A DNA stretch of 64,000 nt. Origin: Myxococcota bacterium. GTDB lineage: Bacteria > Myxococcota_A > UBA796 > GCA-2862545. Below, piece by piece: positions 32,411 to 42,577 of this stretch; within the stretch, counting starts at the first letter, position 1, and each line of letters begins with the position of its first letter. The stretch spans positions 1-64,000 of the forward strand of contig JBCCQY010000023.1 in NCBI GenBank assembly GCA_039208735.1, written 5' to 3'. Made by a program: the position numbers and the translations under genes. The notes under the pieces were generated by a model that worked only from the letters and a program-made list of their open reading frames with translations, did not search any database and was not told the DNA's origin.

Positions 32411-32938
32411 CTACTGAAAGGTCGTGCACAGGGCTTCGAGCAACGCTTCCACCTCATCGAGGCCCTGCACGCTCTGACCAAACGCAAAGGTGGCTTGAAC
32501 GCGCACCGCTCGCGCCCCGATGGCACCCGTCCAGGTCGTGCGAGTTTGGCCTTTGGGATCCTTGGTTCGCCAAGTGGCCGTTGCGGCGGGGCTCAAGATG
32601 GGGACGGTCCGGTACCCATCATCGTCCGCGAACTCGAGAACCCACTGCTCGCCGAAGGGGGGCTCTGGCGCTCCTTCGGGCCAGGCAAACACGTCGAGCT
32701 GCGTCTGGGTGTCGCGATGTTGGAGCTGCAACAAGTGCGGTGGCGCACCGGACCAACCGCTCCAATTCTCCGGCACCTCGAGGCACAGTCCTCCAGGCTC
32801 GCTCCAATACCCCCCCGCATCGACGTTGACGCGCCGCTCTGGCACCTGGTCGGCGGCGGGGGGAGTGGGCAAGGGCAGGTCGGGCGGAGGCGCCTTGCGG
32901 CCGCAGGAAAGCCCAAGCCACAGTAAAACAACCTTCAC
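32411..32938 (-). CDS. Hypothetical lipoprotein
   Basis: MKVVLLWLGLSC; GTGA overlap with upstream gene. Confidence 0.65.
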   Translation of the reverse strand: MKVVLLWLGLSCGRKAPPPDLPLPTPPAADQVPERRVNVDAGGYWSEPGGLCLEVPENWSGWSGAPPHLLQLQHRDTQTQLDVFAWPEGAPEPPFGEQWVLEFADDDGYRTVPILSPAATATWRTKDPKGQTRTTWTGAIGARAVRVQATFAFGQSVQGLDEVEALLEALCTTFQ

Positions 32939-33738
32939 CGACGATGCCGCTCCAACCGCTCGAGCGCCTTGCGATGAGCCGGTCCCCCCCACACCGAGCC
33001 GAACGCCTGACTCGCTGAGCGAATGTCGCCGTTGCGTGCAGCCACGATTTGGGTCTTCACGGCGCGTACGGCCGCAGGGTCACGCGCCAGCAACGAACGA
33101 CACCACCGCATCGTTTCCTCAACGGCAGACCCATCGCATCGCTTGTCGACCAATCCCAGACGGTGGGCCTCACCGCTTGAAATGTAGCGTGCGGAAGTCA
33201 AAATTCGCAGTGCTTTGCCCGGGCCCACGAGCCGCGTGAGCCGCGCGGTTCCCCCCCACCCCGGAGCGATGCCCAGCTTCGTATGGATGAAGTGGATTCG
33301 CGCTTCGGGGGAAGCCAGTCGCCAATCGCACGCCAGGGCCAACTCGGCGCCGCCGCCAATCGCAAGACCATCTAGCGCGGCGACGCTCGTGAGCGGAAGG
33401 TCCGACAGTGCGTCCAACGCCGTGGTCATGGCCAACGACATCTGCTCGGCCGCGCCGGGCTCGTCGAGCGCTCGCTCCACGTCCGCCAGGTGGCCTCCCG
33501 CACAAAATGCCGCGGGGTCGGTCGACGATACGACGAGCAATGCGCCGTCAAAGGTCGTGAGTTGGTGGACCGCTGTGATCAGGTCGCGCATCATCGCCAA
33601 CGTCAACGCACCCCGCGCGCTTGGGTTGTCGATGCGCAAGTGGGCCACCGCACCATCCAGTTCGAGCTGGATCTGGCCCGGGCGGGATTCATCCCGAACC
33701 AAGGCGGCGATGCTCTGGTGCGCTTCGTTTAGGTTCAC
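32935..33738 (-). CDS. Enoyl-CoA hydratase/isomerase (crotonase) family, possibly an acyl-CoA decarboxylase
   Basis: FCAGGHL, AIGGGAELALACDWR, PGWGG. Confidence 0.9.
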   Translation of the reverse strand: MNLNEAHQSIAALVRDESRPGQIQLELDGAVAHLRIDNPSARGALTLAMMRDLITAVHQLTTFDGALLVVSSTDPAAFCAGGHLADVERALDEPGAAEQMSLAMTTALDALSDLPLTSVAALDGLAIGGGAELALACDWRLASPEARIHFIHTKLGIAPGWGGTARLTRLVGPGKALRILTSARYISSGEAHRLGLVDKRCDGSAVEETMRWCRSLLARDPAAVRAVKTQIVAARNGDIRSASQAFGSVWGGPAHRKALERLERHRR

Positions 33739-34682
33739 GACAGCCTCCGCGCGGCGTCCTGGGGCGAGATGCGCCCAGCCCGCAGGTCCTCTTCGATGTG
33801 CTCGCTATGTAGGGTCTGACGCGCCCGACGGCGCGCTGCATGGGCCACTCGGTCGAGGGTAAGTCGCACCGCTGCGTCGCCTCGACGCCGCTGCCACGTA
33901 GGATTCCCCTCTGCCTTGCACCACCCCAGATGGGCCTCGGCGCACGCCACGAGTTCGGCGATGCCCTGACCCTCGGTCGCGACCACCCGTAGCACGGGAG
34001 GCTTGTAGGGGCGCTCCGATAGCCGCACCGCATGTTCGAGTTCCCGCACCCAACGGTCCGCACCTGGTCGATCCGACTTGTTGACGACGAACACATCGGC
34101 GATTTCCATGAGCCCTGCCTTCATGGCCTGAATCGCATCCCCAGACTCCGGCGTGAGCACCACGGCAACCGTATCGGCGACCTCCATGACGGTGAGTTCG
34201 GATTGCCCCACCCCTACCGTCTCCAACAGCACAACATCGAAGCCCACGCCATCGAGTAGATCGACAACCTCGGCGGTGGACGCCGACAACCCACCCAGAT
34301 GCCCTCGGCTCGACAGGGACCGGATGTAGACGCCAGGGTCTGCGGTATGCTGCTCCATCCGAATGCGATCCCCGAGGATCGCTCCGCCCGAAAAAGGCGA
34401 ACTCGGATCGATCGCCAACACGGCGACGGTGCGGCCTTGGTCCCGCAGGGAACGGATCCATTGGTTTACAAGGGTCGACTTGCCGGCCCCCGGTGGGCCC
34501 GTCACACCGATCACATGCGGCTGACCTGGACCTTCGCGCCGATGAACCCGCATTGCGCCCAACGGTTCGGACAACGCAACGTCGTGCGACTCGATCCACG
34601 TGATGCAGCGGGCCAGCGCACGCCGGTCGCCATTGAGCGCCCGGGCGAGCCAATCGGGCCGCGAGAGAGGAGTCGTGGTCAA
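33735..34682 (-). CDS. meaB: Methylmalonyl-CoA mutase-associated GTPase
   Basis: GVTGPPGAGKST, DPSSPFSGGAILGDRIRM, ETVGVGQSE, NKSD. Confidence 0.93.
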   Translation of the reverse strand: MTTTPLSRPDWLARALNGDRRALARCITWIESHDVALSEPLGAMRVHRREGPGQPHVIGVTGPPGAGKSTLVNQWIRSLRDQGRTVAVLAIDPSSPFSGGAILGDRIRMEQHTADPGVYIRSLSSRGHLGGLSASTAEVVDLLDGVGFDVVLLETVGVGQSELTVMEVADTVAVVLTPESGDAIQAMKAGLMEIADVFVVNKSDRPGADRWVRELEHAVRLSERPYKPPVLRVVATEGQGIAELVACAEAHLGWCKAEGNPTWQRRRGDAAVRLTLDRVAHAARRRARQTLHSEHIEEDLRAGRISPQDAARRLS

Positions 34683-35203
34683 GGTCGCCTCCGATAGATC
34701 GTCAGTGACGTGCTTCCGTAGGTCCGTCGACGGTCGATGGCCAACCCTTCGACCTCGGGTGCAGTTCGTTCGGCGGTCGATTCGAGGACGATCCAGTCCT
34801 GGGTAAAGGAGCCAAGCTTCTCGAGAAATGGCGTGGGATCGAGCGCATACGGTGGATCGAGGAACATGCCGTCGAACGTTCCAAGACGGTCGACCACCCG
34901 CAATACGTCGCCACGATGACAAGGAATGTCTGCACCCAAGGAACGAATGTTTGCCGAGACCTCGCGATACGCGCGCGCGTTTTGTTCAACGGCCACCACA
35001 TCGGCACCTCGCGACCAGGCTTCCAACGCCAACAGACCCGATCCCGCGAACGCATCGAGAATGCGGGTTTCCGTCAGATTCTGACCAACCATGGAAAAGA
35101 GCGCCTCTCTGACGCGGGCCGAGGTAGGTCGCACGCCAGCCGCGGGCACCGAAGCAAGCGCCCGTCCGCGAGCCTGTCCTCCCGTGAGTCGAGGCGCCGT
35201 CAG
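34679..35203 (-). CDS. rsmD: 16S rRNA m2G966 methyltransferase
   Basis: RPTSARVREALF, LDAFAGSG, DPPY; start uncertain. Confidence 0.9.
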   Translation of the reverse strand: MTAPRLTGGQARGRALASVPAAGVRPTSARVREALFSMVGQNLTETRILDAFAGSGLLALEAWSRGADVVAVEQNARAYREVSANIRSLGADIPCHRGDVLRVVDRLGTFDGMFLDPPYALDPTPFLEKLGSFTQDWIVLESTAERTAPEVEGLAIDRRRTYGSTSLTIYRRRP

Positions 35204-35574
35204 GGGTTCGGCTCGGCAACGGTCCAGGTGCACTGTCCGTCGTGGCAGCCACATGCATCAAGGACGGCAAAGCAGGGCTGAATCTCACACGTCGTCATGA
35301 CTTCGCCGGCCATCTTCGCCGAAGTGCAAACCTCGCTGCTACAGCCCGAACGCTGACAATCCGCGTCGGTGGTGCACTCGCCAGCCGACTGAGGTTGCTC
35401 GACCCGAACTTCGCAACTTGCGTACAGCGCCTCGGGGCTCATAGGAGCCGGCTCTGGAGCGGCCACGGGTTCGGGAACGGGCGCCGGAGCGGGGGCTTCA
35501 GGCGCTTCCGCAGGGGCCTCGGGAGCGGAAGGCTTCGCAGAGCAAGCCCACAGCAGGTAGAACATCGAAATCAT
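35200..35574 (-). CDS. Eight-cysteine-cluster domain lipoprotein
   Basis: CTTDADC..SGCSSEVC..TTCE..C..CGC..GQC; lipobox LWAC. Confidence 0.75.
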   Translation of the reverse strand: MISMFYLLWACSAKPSAPEAPAEAPEAPAPAPVPEPVAAPEPAPMSPEALYASCEVRVEQPQSAGECTTDADCQRSGCSSEVCTSAKMAGEVMTTCEIQPCFAVLDACGCHDGQCTWTVAEPNP

Positions 35575-35645
35575 GCACTTCTCCGGGGTGCCCGCTGGCG
35601 CGGATCACCCGTACGGATAAGACGCCCGCCGCACGGGGGCGAAGG

Positions 35646-36539
35646 ATGGAGTCGCAGGCAAAGCTCAAGTGGGCGGTGGTTGGGGTGGGCATCGCCGGTC
35701 GTGCGCGAGCCCGCGCCATCGACGCAGACCCTCGAGCTCGTCTCGTGGCGGTCTACCGTGGCCGCTTTGCGAGCGAGGTTGAAGCCCCCGAGGTCAGCAC
35801 CTTGGATGAGGCGTTGGCTAGCTGTGATGTCGTGGCCATCGCGTCACCTTCGACGGAACACCCTGCCCAGGTCGAGGCGGCGCTTCGGGCCGGTCGCCAT
35901 GTGGTGGTGGAGTACCCCTTGGCCACGGTGGCCGCTCGAGCCGAGGCGTTGTACGAGCTGGCCGATGACGTGGGCCGGACGCTGCACGTCGAACACATCG
36001 AGTTGCTCGATCCGCCATCCATGACCCTGCGGGCACATGTGCGCCGAGAGGTGGTGAAACGTGTGGACGTCTACTTTGAACGAGCCGCCCCCCTCGGCGC
36101 CTCCGCCGAAACGTTGGCCCTTGGCAACGTGGCGCGCCTCCATCGGGTCACGGCGCTGACCGGTCCGCTGAATCGCATCGTGTCGGTGGACCATGACGGA
36201 CGTTCCCTGACGGCCGAACTCGCGCTGGCCACTGGGGCGATGGTCCACGCCACGTTCGACCAGGCGCCTGACCTGCAACGCCGTACGGTGCTGCGCATCC
36301 AAACTGCGGGGGGCGTCACCTGGGAACAGGTCAACGGAACCCTCACCCGAAATGGCGCTCCCCAGACCCTGCTTGGCGTAGGCTCGTTGTTCCGCCGTGA
36401 CCAACTCGAAGCCTCCGCGATGATCCTCGACGGCAAGCCGGACTACGTCTCACGCGAGCGCATCTTGCACGTTCTAGACATGGTCGAACGACTAGGACGC
36501 CTCGAGACTGGAGGGTTGCCGCATCGATCGGCTGCATGA
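35646..36539 (+). CDS. Gfo/Idh/MocA oxidoreductase, biliverdin-reductase-like
   Basis: VVGVGIAGRAR, HVVVEYPL, LHVEHIELL. Confidence 0.85.
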   Translation: MESQAKLKWAVVGVGIAGRARARAIDADPRARLVAVYRGRFASEVEAPEVSTLDEALASCDVVAIASPSTEHPAQVEAALRAGRHVVVEYPLATVAARAEALYELADDVGRTLHVEHIELLDPPSMTLRAHVRREVVKRVDVYFERAAPLGASAETLALGNVARLHRVTALTGPLNRIVSVDHDGRSLTAELALATGAMVHATFDQAPDLQRRTVLRIQTAGGVTWEQVNGTLTRNGAPQTLLGVGSLFRRDQLEASAMILDGKPDYVSRERILHVLDMVERLGRLETGGLPHRSAA

Positions 36540-36665
36540 CCGGATGCGGGGGTCCTCCCTGGATTGCAGAAGAGTCCAGTGCCGCGTGTGGTTGCGGCTC
36601 CCTTGTACCGACAAGGGGCCTCTTGTAACTCCTGACAACTAGAGACCCCGTCCTTCGGAGGGAGC

Positions 36666-37439
36666 ATGCGCCATCAGGTCTTGTTGCCATCCGTCATTCT
36701 CGCGCTTCCGCTGATCTTGGCGGGCTGTGAGGTGGTGGAGGCCAAGAAGGCGAAGAGCGACGACAATCCCGAGCAGACCTTCCCCATCGAGCCACATGAC
36801 CTGCTGCCGCAGTATGGCCCGAGCAACGGTCAGATTGCGGCCGGTATCGTCACGGGCCGCGCCCTTGAGCAGCCCATCGGCTTCTCGCATTACCTGCACG
36901 CGGGCCAGCTCAACATCGACTGTCAGTACTGTCACTTCGAGGCCCGCAAGTCGCTTCACGGTGGCGTCCCCCCACTTCAAACGTGCATGGGATGCCATCA
37001 GCAGGTGAAGACCTACAGCCCCGAAGTGCAGAAGATTCATCAGCACTGGTGCGGCGAAGACAACTGCAGCATCGCCAAGGATGAATACGGGCTGTGGTTG
37101 GCCGATGAAGAGGGCTCGCCGCCAGTTTGGAACAAGCTGCACGACCTTCCGGACTACGTCTACTTCGCGCACAACCGCCATGTGCGAGCGGGCGTGCAGT
37201 GCACCGAGTGCCATGGTCAGGTCAAGCTGCAGGGCACCTACGAAATCGAACCGATCCCGGGCGACCCCGAAGGCCGAACCTACCGCAAGGTGGAGAAGGT
37301 CATGGTCCGCGAGGCGACGTTGCAGATGGGCTGGTGCCTGAACTGCCACGCGGAGCATCCGTCCATCGACAAGAACTACGGCGACCAGTCAGACCTCCGG
37401 CGTGCCGAGCTGAAGGACTGCTGGACCTGCCACAAGTGA
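36666..37439 (+). CDS. actA: Alternative complex III pentaheme cytochrome c
   Basis: Five CxxCH motifs; QPIGFSH, LPDYVYFAH, MGWCLNCH. Confidence 0.92.
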   Translation: MRHQVLLPSVILALPLILAGCEVVEAKKAKSDDNPEQTFPIEPHDLLPQYGPSNGQIAAGIVTGRALEQPIGFSHYLHAGQLNIDCQYCHFEARKSLHGGVPPLQTCMGCHQQVKTYSPEVQKIHQHWCGEDNCSIAKDEYGLWLADEEGSPPVWNKLHDLPDYVYFAHNRHVRAGVQCTECHGQVKLQGTYEIEPIPGDPEGRTYRKVEKVMVREATLQMGWCLNCHAEHPSIDKNYGDQSDLRRAELKDCWTCHK

Positions 37440-37455
37440 TTCTGGAGTCGCTGCG

Positions 37456-40400
37456 ATGAATCGCCGAAGCTTCCTTCAAGCCCTGGGCGTCGGTGGCGGA
37501 GCCACTGCTGCCGGCTGCAACTGGGACGACAACCGGTACTACGTGCCGATCGAAAACCTCGTCCCCTATCTGGCGCACCCCGTTCAGACCGCGCCAGGCA
37601 CTCCAAACTACTTTGCAACGACGGTGGGCAAGGGGCCCAGCGCGTGGCCGGTCACGGCCGTCCACCGCGAAGGCCGCGTGGTCAACGTGGCTGCCAACCA
37701 CTTCGCCTATCACGAGACGAAGGGGAAGGTCGCCCGCGCTGTGCCCGCGACGCAGCTGTTCGAGCTGCAACGCCACTACTCGCCTGACCGCATCGCGGCG
37801 CCGCGGCGGCACGACCGCAAGACGGGTGCATCCGAAGAGGTCTCCTTCGAAGACGCGCGACGGATGCTGTCAGACGCCGTTCGGGCCGCTCGCAATCCCG
37901 CCTCGGGCGAACCGAAGAGTGTGGTCTACCTCGGCCCCTACGCTTCCGGTTCGATCGTCGATCTGATCCAAGAGTTCGCCGACGAAGCCATTTTCTGGGA
38001 ACCGATGGGTCGCGAAAATGAGGCCGCGGCTGCGAAGGCGCTCTTCGGTGATGAAGACGGCAACGCAGTGCTGCCCCGCTACGACCTTTCAGGGGCGGAG
38101 TTTGTGTTGTCGTTCGGGGCTGCGTTCCTCGGCGATGCGTGGGGCGGTCCCGGCCACGAGGCCGAATACGCCATGGCCCGCGATGCGAACCACCAGCACA
38201 GCGTGGCTCGCTTCGCTGCGGTGACGCCGCTTCGCGACCAGACGTCAGCCAACGCCGATGATTGGTACGCCTGCAACCCCGGCTCCGAAGCGCAGGTGGC
38301 ACTCGCCATCGCGAAGAGCGTGGCCGAGAAGTCGGGCTACCTCGACACGCGTGATGAAAACGGCGAAATGACGCCGTTCGCTAAGATCATCAGCCGGGCC
38401 GATATCGGTTCCGCGGCCAAGGCATCGGGCCTGTCTGTCTCCGACATCACCAAGCTAGCCTCAATGTTCGAGAAGCCAGGTTCGGTAGCGCTTCCGGGCG
38501 GCATGGTGGGAGCTTCGGCGGCCGGTACCGCGCTTGCGGCGGCGACGTATCTCCTCAACATCGTGAGTCGGGCCAACGTGAACGGGCTGTTCACGAACGA
38601 CGGCTACCCCGGTCCGGTCCACACCTTTGGCGACATCGAGCGCTTGCTCACCGACATGAAAGCGGGTCGCGTGGGGGTGCTCCTCCTCGGCGACCTCGAT
38701 GTGTTGCACTCCCTTCCGAACGCCCAGGCGTTTGCCGCCGCCCTCGAGCTCGAGGTGGTCGACCTTCATGTGGCGTTGACGTCGCACCCGAACGAGACGA
38801 CGGCCAAGGTCGACCTGGTCATTCCCGTGGCCTCGGTCTTCGAGGAATGGGGTGACGAAGAGCCCGTTCAACGGATGCGGCTCGTCCGGCAGCCGGTCAT
38901 GAAGCCGTTGTACGCGGGAACCCCGATGCTGGGTGACCTGCTCCTCGACACCTGGCGCGAGGTCGACAGCGAAAACGCGCCGCAGGGCTCGTGGCTTGAC
39001 CGCCTCCAGCAAACCTGGGCGGCGAAGCTTTGGGCCTCGGACGACACGGCCGATGGCGCCGACTTGGTCAGCGACGATCGCTTCGCCGCGTGGTGGCAGA
39101 ACACCTTGCGCATGGGCTTTCACGAGACGCTCGGGGGCGGTGCACCATTCCCGCAAACGCGGGCGCCGCAGCTTGACCTGAACGGTGCGTTCAAGGGTAC
39201 CGGCGAGTACAGCTTCGTGATCTTTCCCCATCCCTTCCTGCTCGATGGGCGATACGCGAACCAGCCATGGGCCCAGGAAGTGCCCGAACCCATGACGGGT
39301 CACGTCTGGGACACGTGGGTCCTCGTTCACCCCGAGACCGCCAAGGAACTCGAAGTCGGCGACAACGATGTGCTGTCGATCTCGACGGGAGAGGCGAGCC
39401 TCGAAGTTGGCGTTGAAGTGCATCCCTGCGTCGCCAAGGGCGTGCTTGCGATGCCGATGGGCGGTGGCCATACGCGGGCCAGCGGTCGCTACGCCGATGG
39501 CGTGGGAGTCAACGCCGTCTCTCTTCTGCAAGGCGCGACCGACGAACAGGGGGCGCTCGTGTGGCAGCACGCCCACTGCACAGCCACGAAGCGTGAGGGC
39601 AAGGCCGACCTGCACAGCACCTACGGCGTTTACCCGCGTACCTACGCGGCCGGCAATGTGCTGACCAATGAGTCCGACAGTGACCGCAACTTCGTGGCCC
39701 TCGTACCCGCCGAACAGTGGAAGGACGTGGCCGACGACCCCGTGGACCACCCCGGTGAACTCACGGGGATTCACCACCTGCCGGTCGACCCCCGCCTCAA
39801 GGCCACAGGTCAGACCGACTTCTACAAGTTGCCCGACCACCCGAGCTACCGCTTCGGGCTCACCGTCGACACGAACCTCTGCACCGGTTGTGGCGCGTGT
39901 GCCGTGGCCTGCTACGCCGAGAACAACTTGCCCGTCGTTGGCAAGGAGAAGGTGAAGCAGGGCCGTGAGATGTCGTGGATTCGGGTCAACCGGTACTTCC
40001 GCGAGAACGAACTGGGTGAAGCGGACCCGACGGTCCACTTCGTTCCCATGATGTGCCAGCACTGCGGCCATGCACCCTGCGAGTCCGTGTGCCCGGTGCT
40101 CGCGACCTACCACTCGATCGATGGCCTCAATGCGATGGTCTACAACCGGTGCGTGGGAACGCGGTACTGCAGCAACGCGTGCCCTTATTCGGCGCGGAAG
40201 TTCAACTACCACTCCTATGCCTGGCCCGAGCCCTTCAACCTCCAGCTCAACCCCGACGTTGTGACGCGCACGATGGGCGTGATGGAGAAGTGCTCGTTCT
40301 GCGTGCAGCGCATCCGGCGCATCAAGAGCGCATGGCGGGATTCGAACCCCGGCAAGCTCGTGCCCGAGGTGCACCTCGAGCAGCTTCCGGCTTGCGCCGA

Positions 40401-40638
40401 GGCTTGCCCGTCGAACGCACTCACGTTTGGGAACCTCAACGACGAAGAACAAGTCGTGTCGTCGTCGAGGAAATCCGCTCGTAACTACATTCCGCTGGCC
40501 GAGGTGCACACCTTCCCGGCCGTCAACTATCTCGCGAAGGCGTCGTTCCACTTCGAACCGGGCCACCACGGCGGTGGCCATGGCGACAGCCACGGTGAGA
40601 AGCACCATGACGAAGCGTCTTCCGGCGACCATCACTAG
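37456..40638 (+). CDS. actB: Alternative complex III molybdopterin-oxidoreductase-like/Fe-S subunit
   Basis: Tat signal NRRSFL; DGRYANQPWAQE; CTGCGAC, CQHC..PCESVCP, CVGTRYCSNACPY, MEKCSFCVQR. Confidence 0.94.
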   Translation: MNRRSFLQALGVGGGATAAGCNWDDNRYYVPIENLVPYLAHPVQTAPGTPNYFATTVGKGPSAWPVTAVHREGRVVNVAANHFAYHETKGKVARAVPATQLFELQRHYSPDRIAAPRRHDRKTGASEEVSFEDARRMLSDAVRAARNPASGEPKSVVYLGPYASGSIVDLIQEFADEAIFWEPMGRENEAAAAKALFGDEDGNAVLPRYDLSGAEFVLSFGAAFLGDAWGGPGHEAEYAMARDANHQHSVARFAAVTPLRDQTSANADDWYACNPGSEAQVALAIAKSVAEKSGYLDTRDENGEMTPFAKIISRADIGSAAKASGLSVSDITKLASMFEKPGSVALPGGMVGASAAGTALAAATYLLNIVSRANVNGLFTNDGYPGPVHTFGDIERLLTDMKAGRVGVLLLGDLDVLHSLPNAQAFAAALELEVVDLHVALTSHPNETTAKVDLVIPVASVFEEWGDEEPVQRMRLVRQPVMKPLYAGTPMLGDLLLDTWREVDSENAPQGSWLDRLQQTWAAKLWASDDTADGADLVSDDRFAAWWQNTLRMGFHETLGGGAPFPQTRAPQLDLNGAFKGTGEYSFVIFPHPFLLDGRYANQPWAQEVPEPMTGHVWDTWVLVHPETAKELEVGDNDVLSISTGEASLEVGVEVHPCVAKGVLAMPMGGGHTRASGRYADGVGVNAVSLLQGATDEQGALVWQHAHCTATKREGKADLHSTYGVYPRTYAAGNVLTNESDSDRNFVALVPAEQWKDVADDPVDHPGELTGIHHLPVDPRLKATGQTDFYKLPDHPSYRFGLTVDTNLCTGCGACAVACYAENNLPVVGKEKVKQGREMSWIRVNRYFRENELGEADPTVHFVPMMCQHCGHAPCESVCPVLATYHSIDGLNAMVYNRCVGTRYCSNACPYSARKFNYHSYAWPEPFNLQLNPDVVTRTMGVMEKCSFCVQRIRRIKSAWRDSNPGKLVPEVHLEQLPACAEACPSNALTFGNLNDEEQVVSSSRKSARNYIPLAEVHTFPAVNYLAKASFHFEPGHHGGGHGDSHGEKHHDEASSGDHH

Positions 40639-40650
40639 GGAGGATTGACC

Positions 40651-42024
40651 GTGGCACTCGTCGAGGTCATCGACCGAAATGACCCGGGCAAGCCCAATCG
40701 CCCGGAGACCTACGGAGAGGCGAACCGCGACATCATTCGCGTGTTGCTGACCCCGTCCACTCTCTTCCTCCTAGCCCTCGCTTCCACCGTCGCGATGATG
40801 GCCTACGGGGGCTGGTGCTGGTACCAGCAGATTCGCTGGGGCATGGGGGTCGCGGGCATCACGCACCCTACGATGTGGGGCGTCTACATCGTCACCTTCG
40901 TGTTCTGGATCGGCATCGGCCACGCCGGCACGCTGATTTCCGCCATTCTCTTCCTGGTGCGCTCCCGATGGCGTACCGGCGTGTACCGCGCGTCTGAGGC
41001 CATGACGGTCTTCGCGGTCATGACGGCCCTGCTCTTCCCGGTGCTTCACCTGGGCCGTTGCTGGCAGGCGTACTGGTTCTTCCCTTACCCGAACCAACGC
41101 CAGCTCTGGATGAACTTCAAGTCACCGCTGATGTGGGACGTCTTCGCGATCTCGACGTACTTCACCATCTCGGCGGTGTTCTTCTTTGTGGGCCTTATTC
41201 CTGACATCGCGGTATTCCGCGACCACAGCAAGGGCCTCGTTAAGCGCATCTACGGCATCCTGTGCCTCGGGTGGCGTGGCACTCACGAACAGTGGCACGC
41301 CTACCTTGGCGCCTACGGCTTCTTCGCCGCCTTCGCCGCCCCGCTCGTGCTCTCGGTCCACAGCGTCGTTTCCTGGGACTTCGCGATGGCGCCGACGGCC
41401 GGTTGGCACTCCACCATCTTCCCGCCCTACTTCGTCGCGGGCGCCATCTTCAGTGGCTGTGCGATGGTCATCAGCCTGCTGATGCCGATGACGTACATCT
41501 TCAACTGGCACAAGTACGTCAACACCTGGCACTTCGAGAACCTTGCGAAGATGTGCCTGCTCACCTCGGGCATCCTCACCTACTCGTACGGCATGGAGTA
41601 CTTCATCAGTTGGTACTCGCAGAACCCTTACGAGCAGACGATCTTTGCGTGGCGTGCGGATCCGGCGGCTGACTACGGCTGGGCCTTCTACCTGATGGTC
41701 TTCTGCAACTGCGTTGCCCCGCTTGCCTGGTACGTGAAGCGTCTTCGCACCGACCCGGTCGCGCTCTTCGTCATCGCTGCCATCATCAACGTTGGCATGT
41801 GGATGGAGCGTTTCAACATCATCGTCAGCTCGCTCGCCCACAACTTCGACCCTGCTACCTGGTGGCAGTACGTGCCCACCTGGGTCGAGATTGGCATCCT
41901 GATTGGGTCGGTTGGCTGGTTCTCGTTCTTCTTCCTGCTGTTCTGCAAGACCTTCCCCGCCGTCGCCATCACCGAGATCAAAGAGATGACGGCGCCACCG
42001 GTGAAGGGCGAGCTGGAGGCCTGA
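40651..42024 (+). CDS. actC: Alternative complex III NrfD-like quinol-binding subunit
   Basis: FVFWIGIGHAGTLISAIL, SPLMWDVFA, SVHSVVSWDF. Confidence 0.95.
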   Translation: MALVEVIDRNDPGKPNRPETYGEANRDIIRVLLTPSTLFLLALASTVAMMAYGGWCWYQQIRWGMGVAGITHPTMWGVYIVTFVFWIGIGHAGTLISAILFLVRSRWRTGVYRASEAMTVFAVMTALLFPVLHLGRCWQAYWFFPYPNQRQLWMNFKSPLMWDVFAISTYFTISAVFFFVGLIPDIAVFRDHSKGLVKRIYGILCLGWRGTHEQWHAYLGAYGFFAAFAAPLVLSVHSVVSWDFAMAPTAGWHSTIFPPYFVAGAIFSGCAMVISLLMPMTYIFNWHKYVNTWHFENLAKMCLLTSGILTYSYGMEYFISWYSQNPYEQTIFAWRADPAADYGWAFYLMVFCNCVAPLAWYVKRLRTDPVALFVIAAIINVGMWMERFNIIVSSLAHNFDPATWWQYVPTWVEIGILIGSVGWFSFFFLLFCKTFPAVAITEIKEMTAPPVKGELEA

Positions 42025-42025
42025 C

Positions 42026-42577
42026 ATGGAAGCACCGTACATCCGCATCAAGGCCGTCTACAGCCACCTCGATTGCCTCCTTACGGGCATCGAGCGGCTG
42101 AAGAAGGCCAACTACGAAGGCTTCACGGTCCAGGCTCCGCTTCCGCGGCATGAGATCGAAGAAGCGATGTATGAGGGCCGTCCGGCTCCCGTGCGCTGGT
42201 GGACCCTGGCTGGCGCGATGACCGGGGTGACGGTGGGCTTTTTGCTCACCTCGCTCACCCATGCCGACTGGCCGATGATCAACCCGGGCGGCAAGCCGGT
42301 GGTTGCGCTCGTTCCCTTCGCGGTCATCATGTTCGAGTGCACGATTCTGTTCGGTGGACTCGCCACGTTCGCCGGCATGCTGTTCCACGCTGGGCTGCCG
42401 AGCTTCTGGCTCGATGCCGCCCTGCAGGATCCACGCATGTCCGATGCGAGCTTCGGGATCACCTTCCTGAAAGCCAAACCCAAGGACAAGGACCGGATCG
42501 TCGACCTGCTGCGCCAATCGGGTGCGATCGAGGTCACGACTGGCGACCAGACCATCTATGAGGTGCCCAATGTCTAA
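42026..42577 (+). CDS. actD: Alternative complex III DUF3341 subunit
   Basis: WPMINPGGKP, FECTILF; position in operon. Confidence 0.9.
   Translation: MEAPYIRIKAVYSHLDCLLTGIERLKKANYEGFTVQAPLPRHEIEEAMYEGRPAPVRWWTLAGAMTGVTVGFLLTSLTHADWPMINPGGKPVVALVPFAVIMFECTILFGGLATFAGMLFHAGLPSFWLDAALQDPRMSDASFGITFLKAKPKDKDRIVDLLRQSGAIEVTTGDQTIYEVPNV

Noticed and set aside
36601..36638. TTGT..ACAA palindromes upstream of actA
   Set aside because: Short and do not fit FNR or Rex spacing; cannot be assigned
38461..40635. 724-aa minus-strand ORF and similar long antisense ORFs
   Set aside because: Shadows of high-GC coding genes with no recognisable motifs
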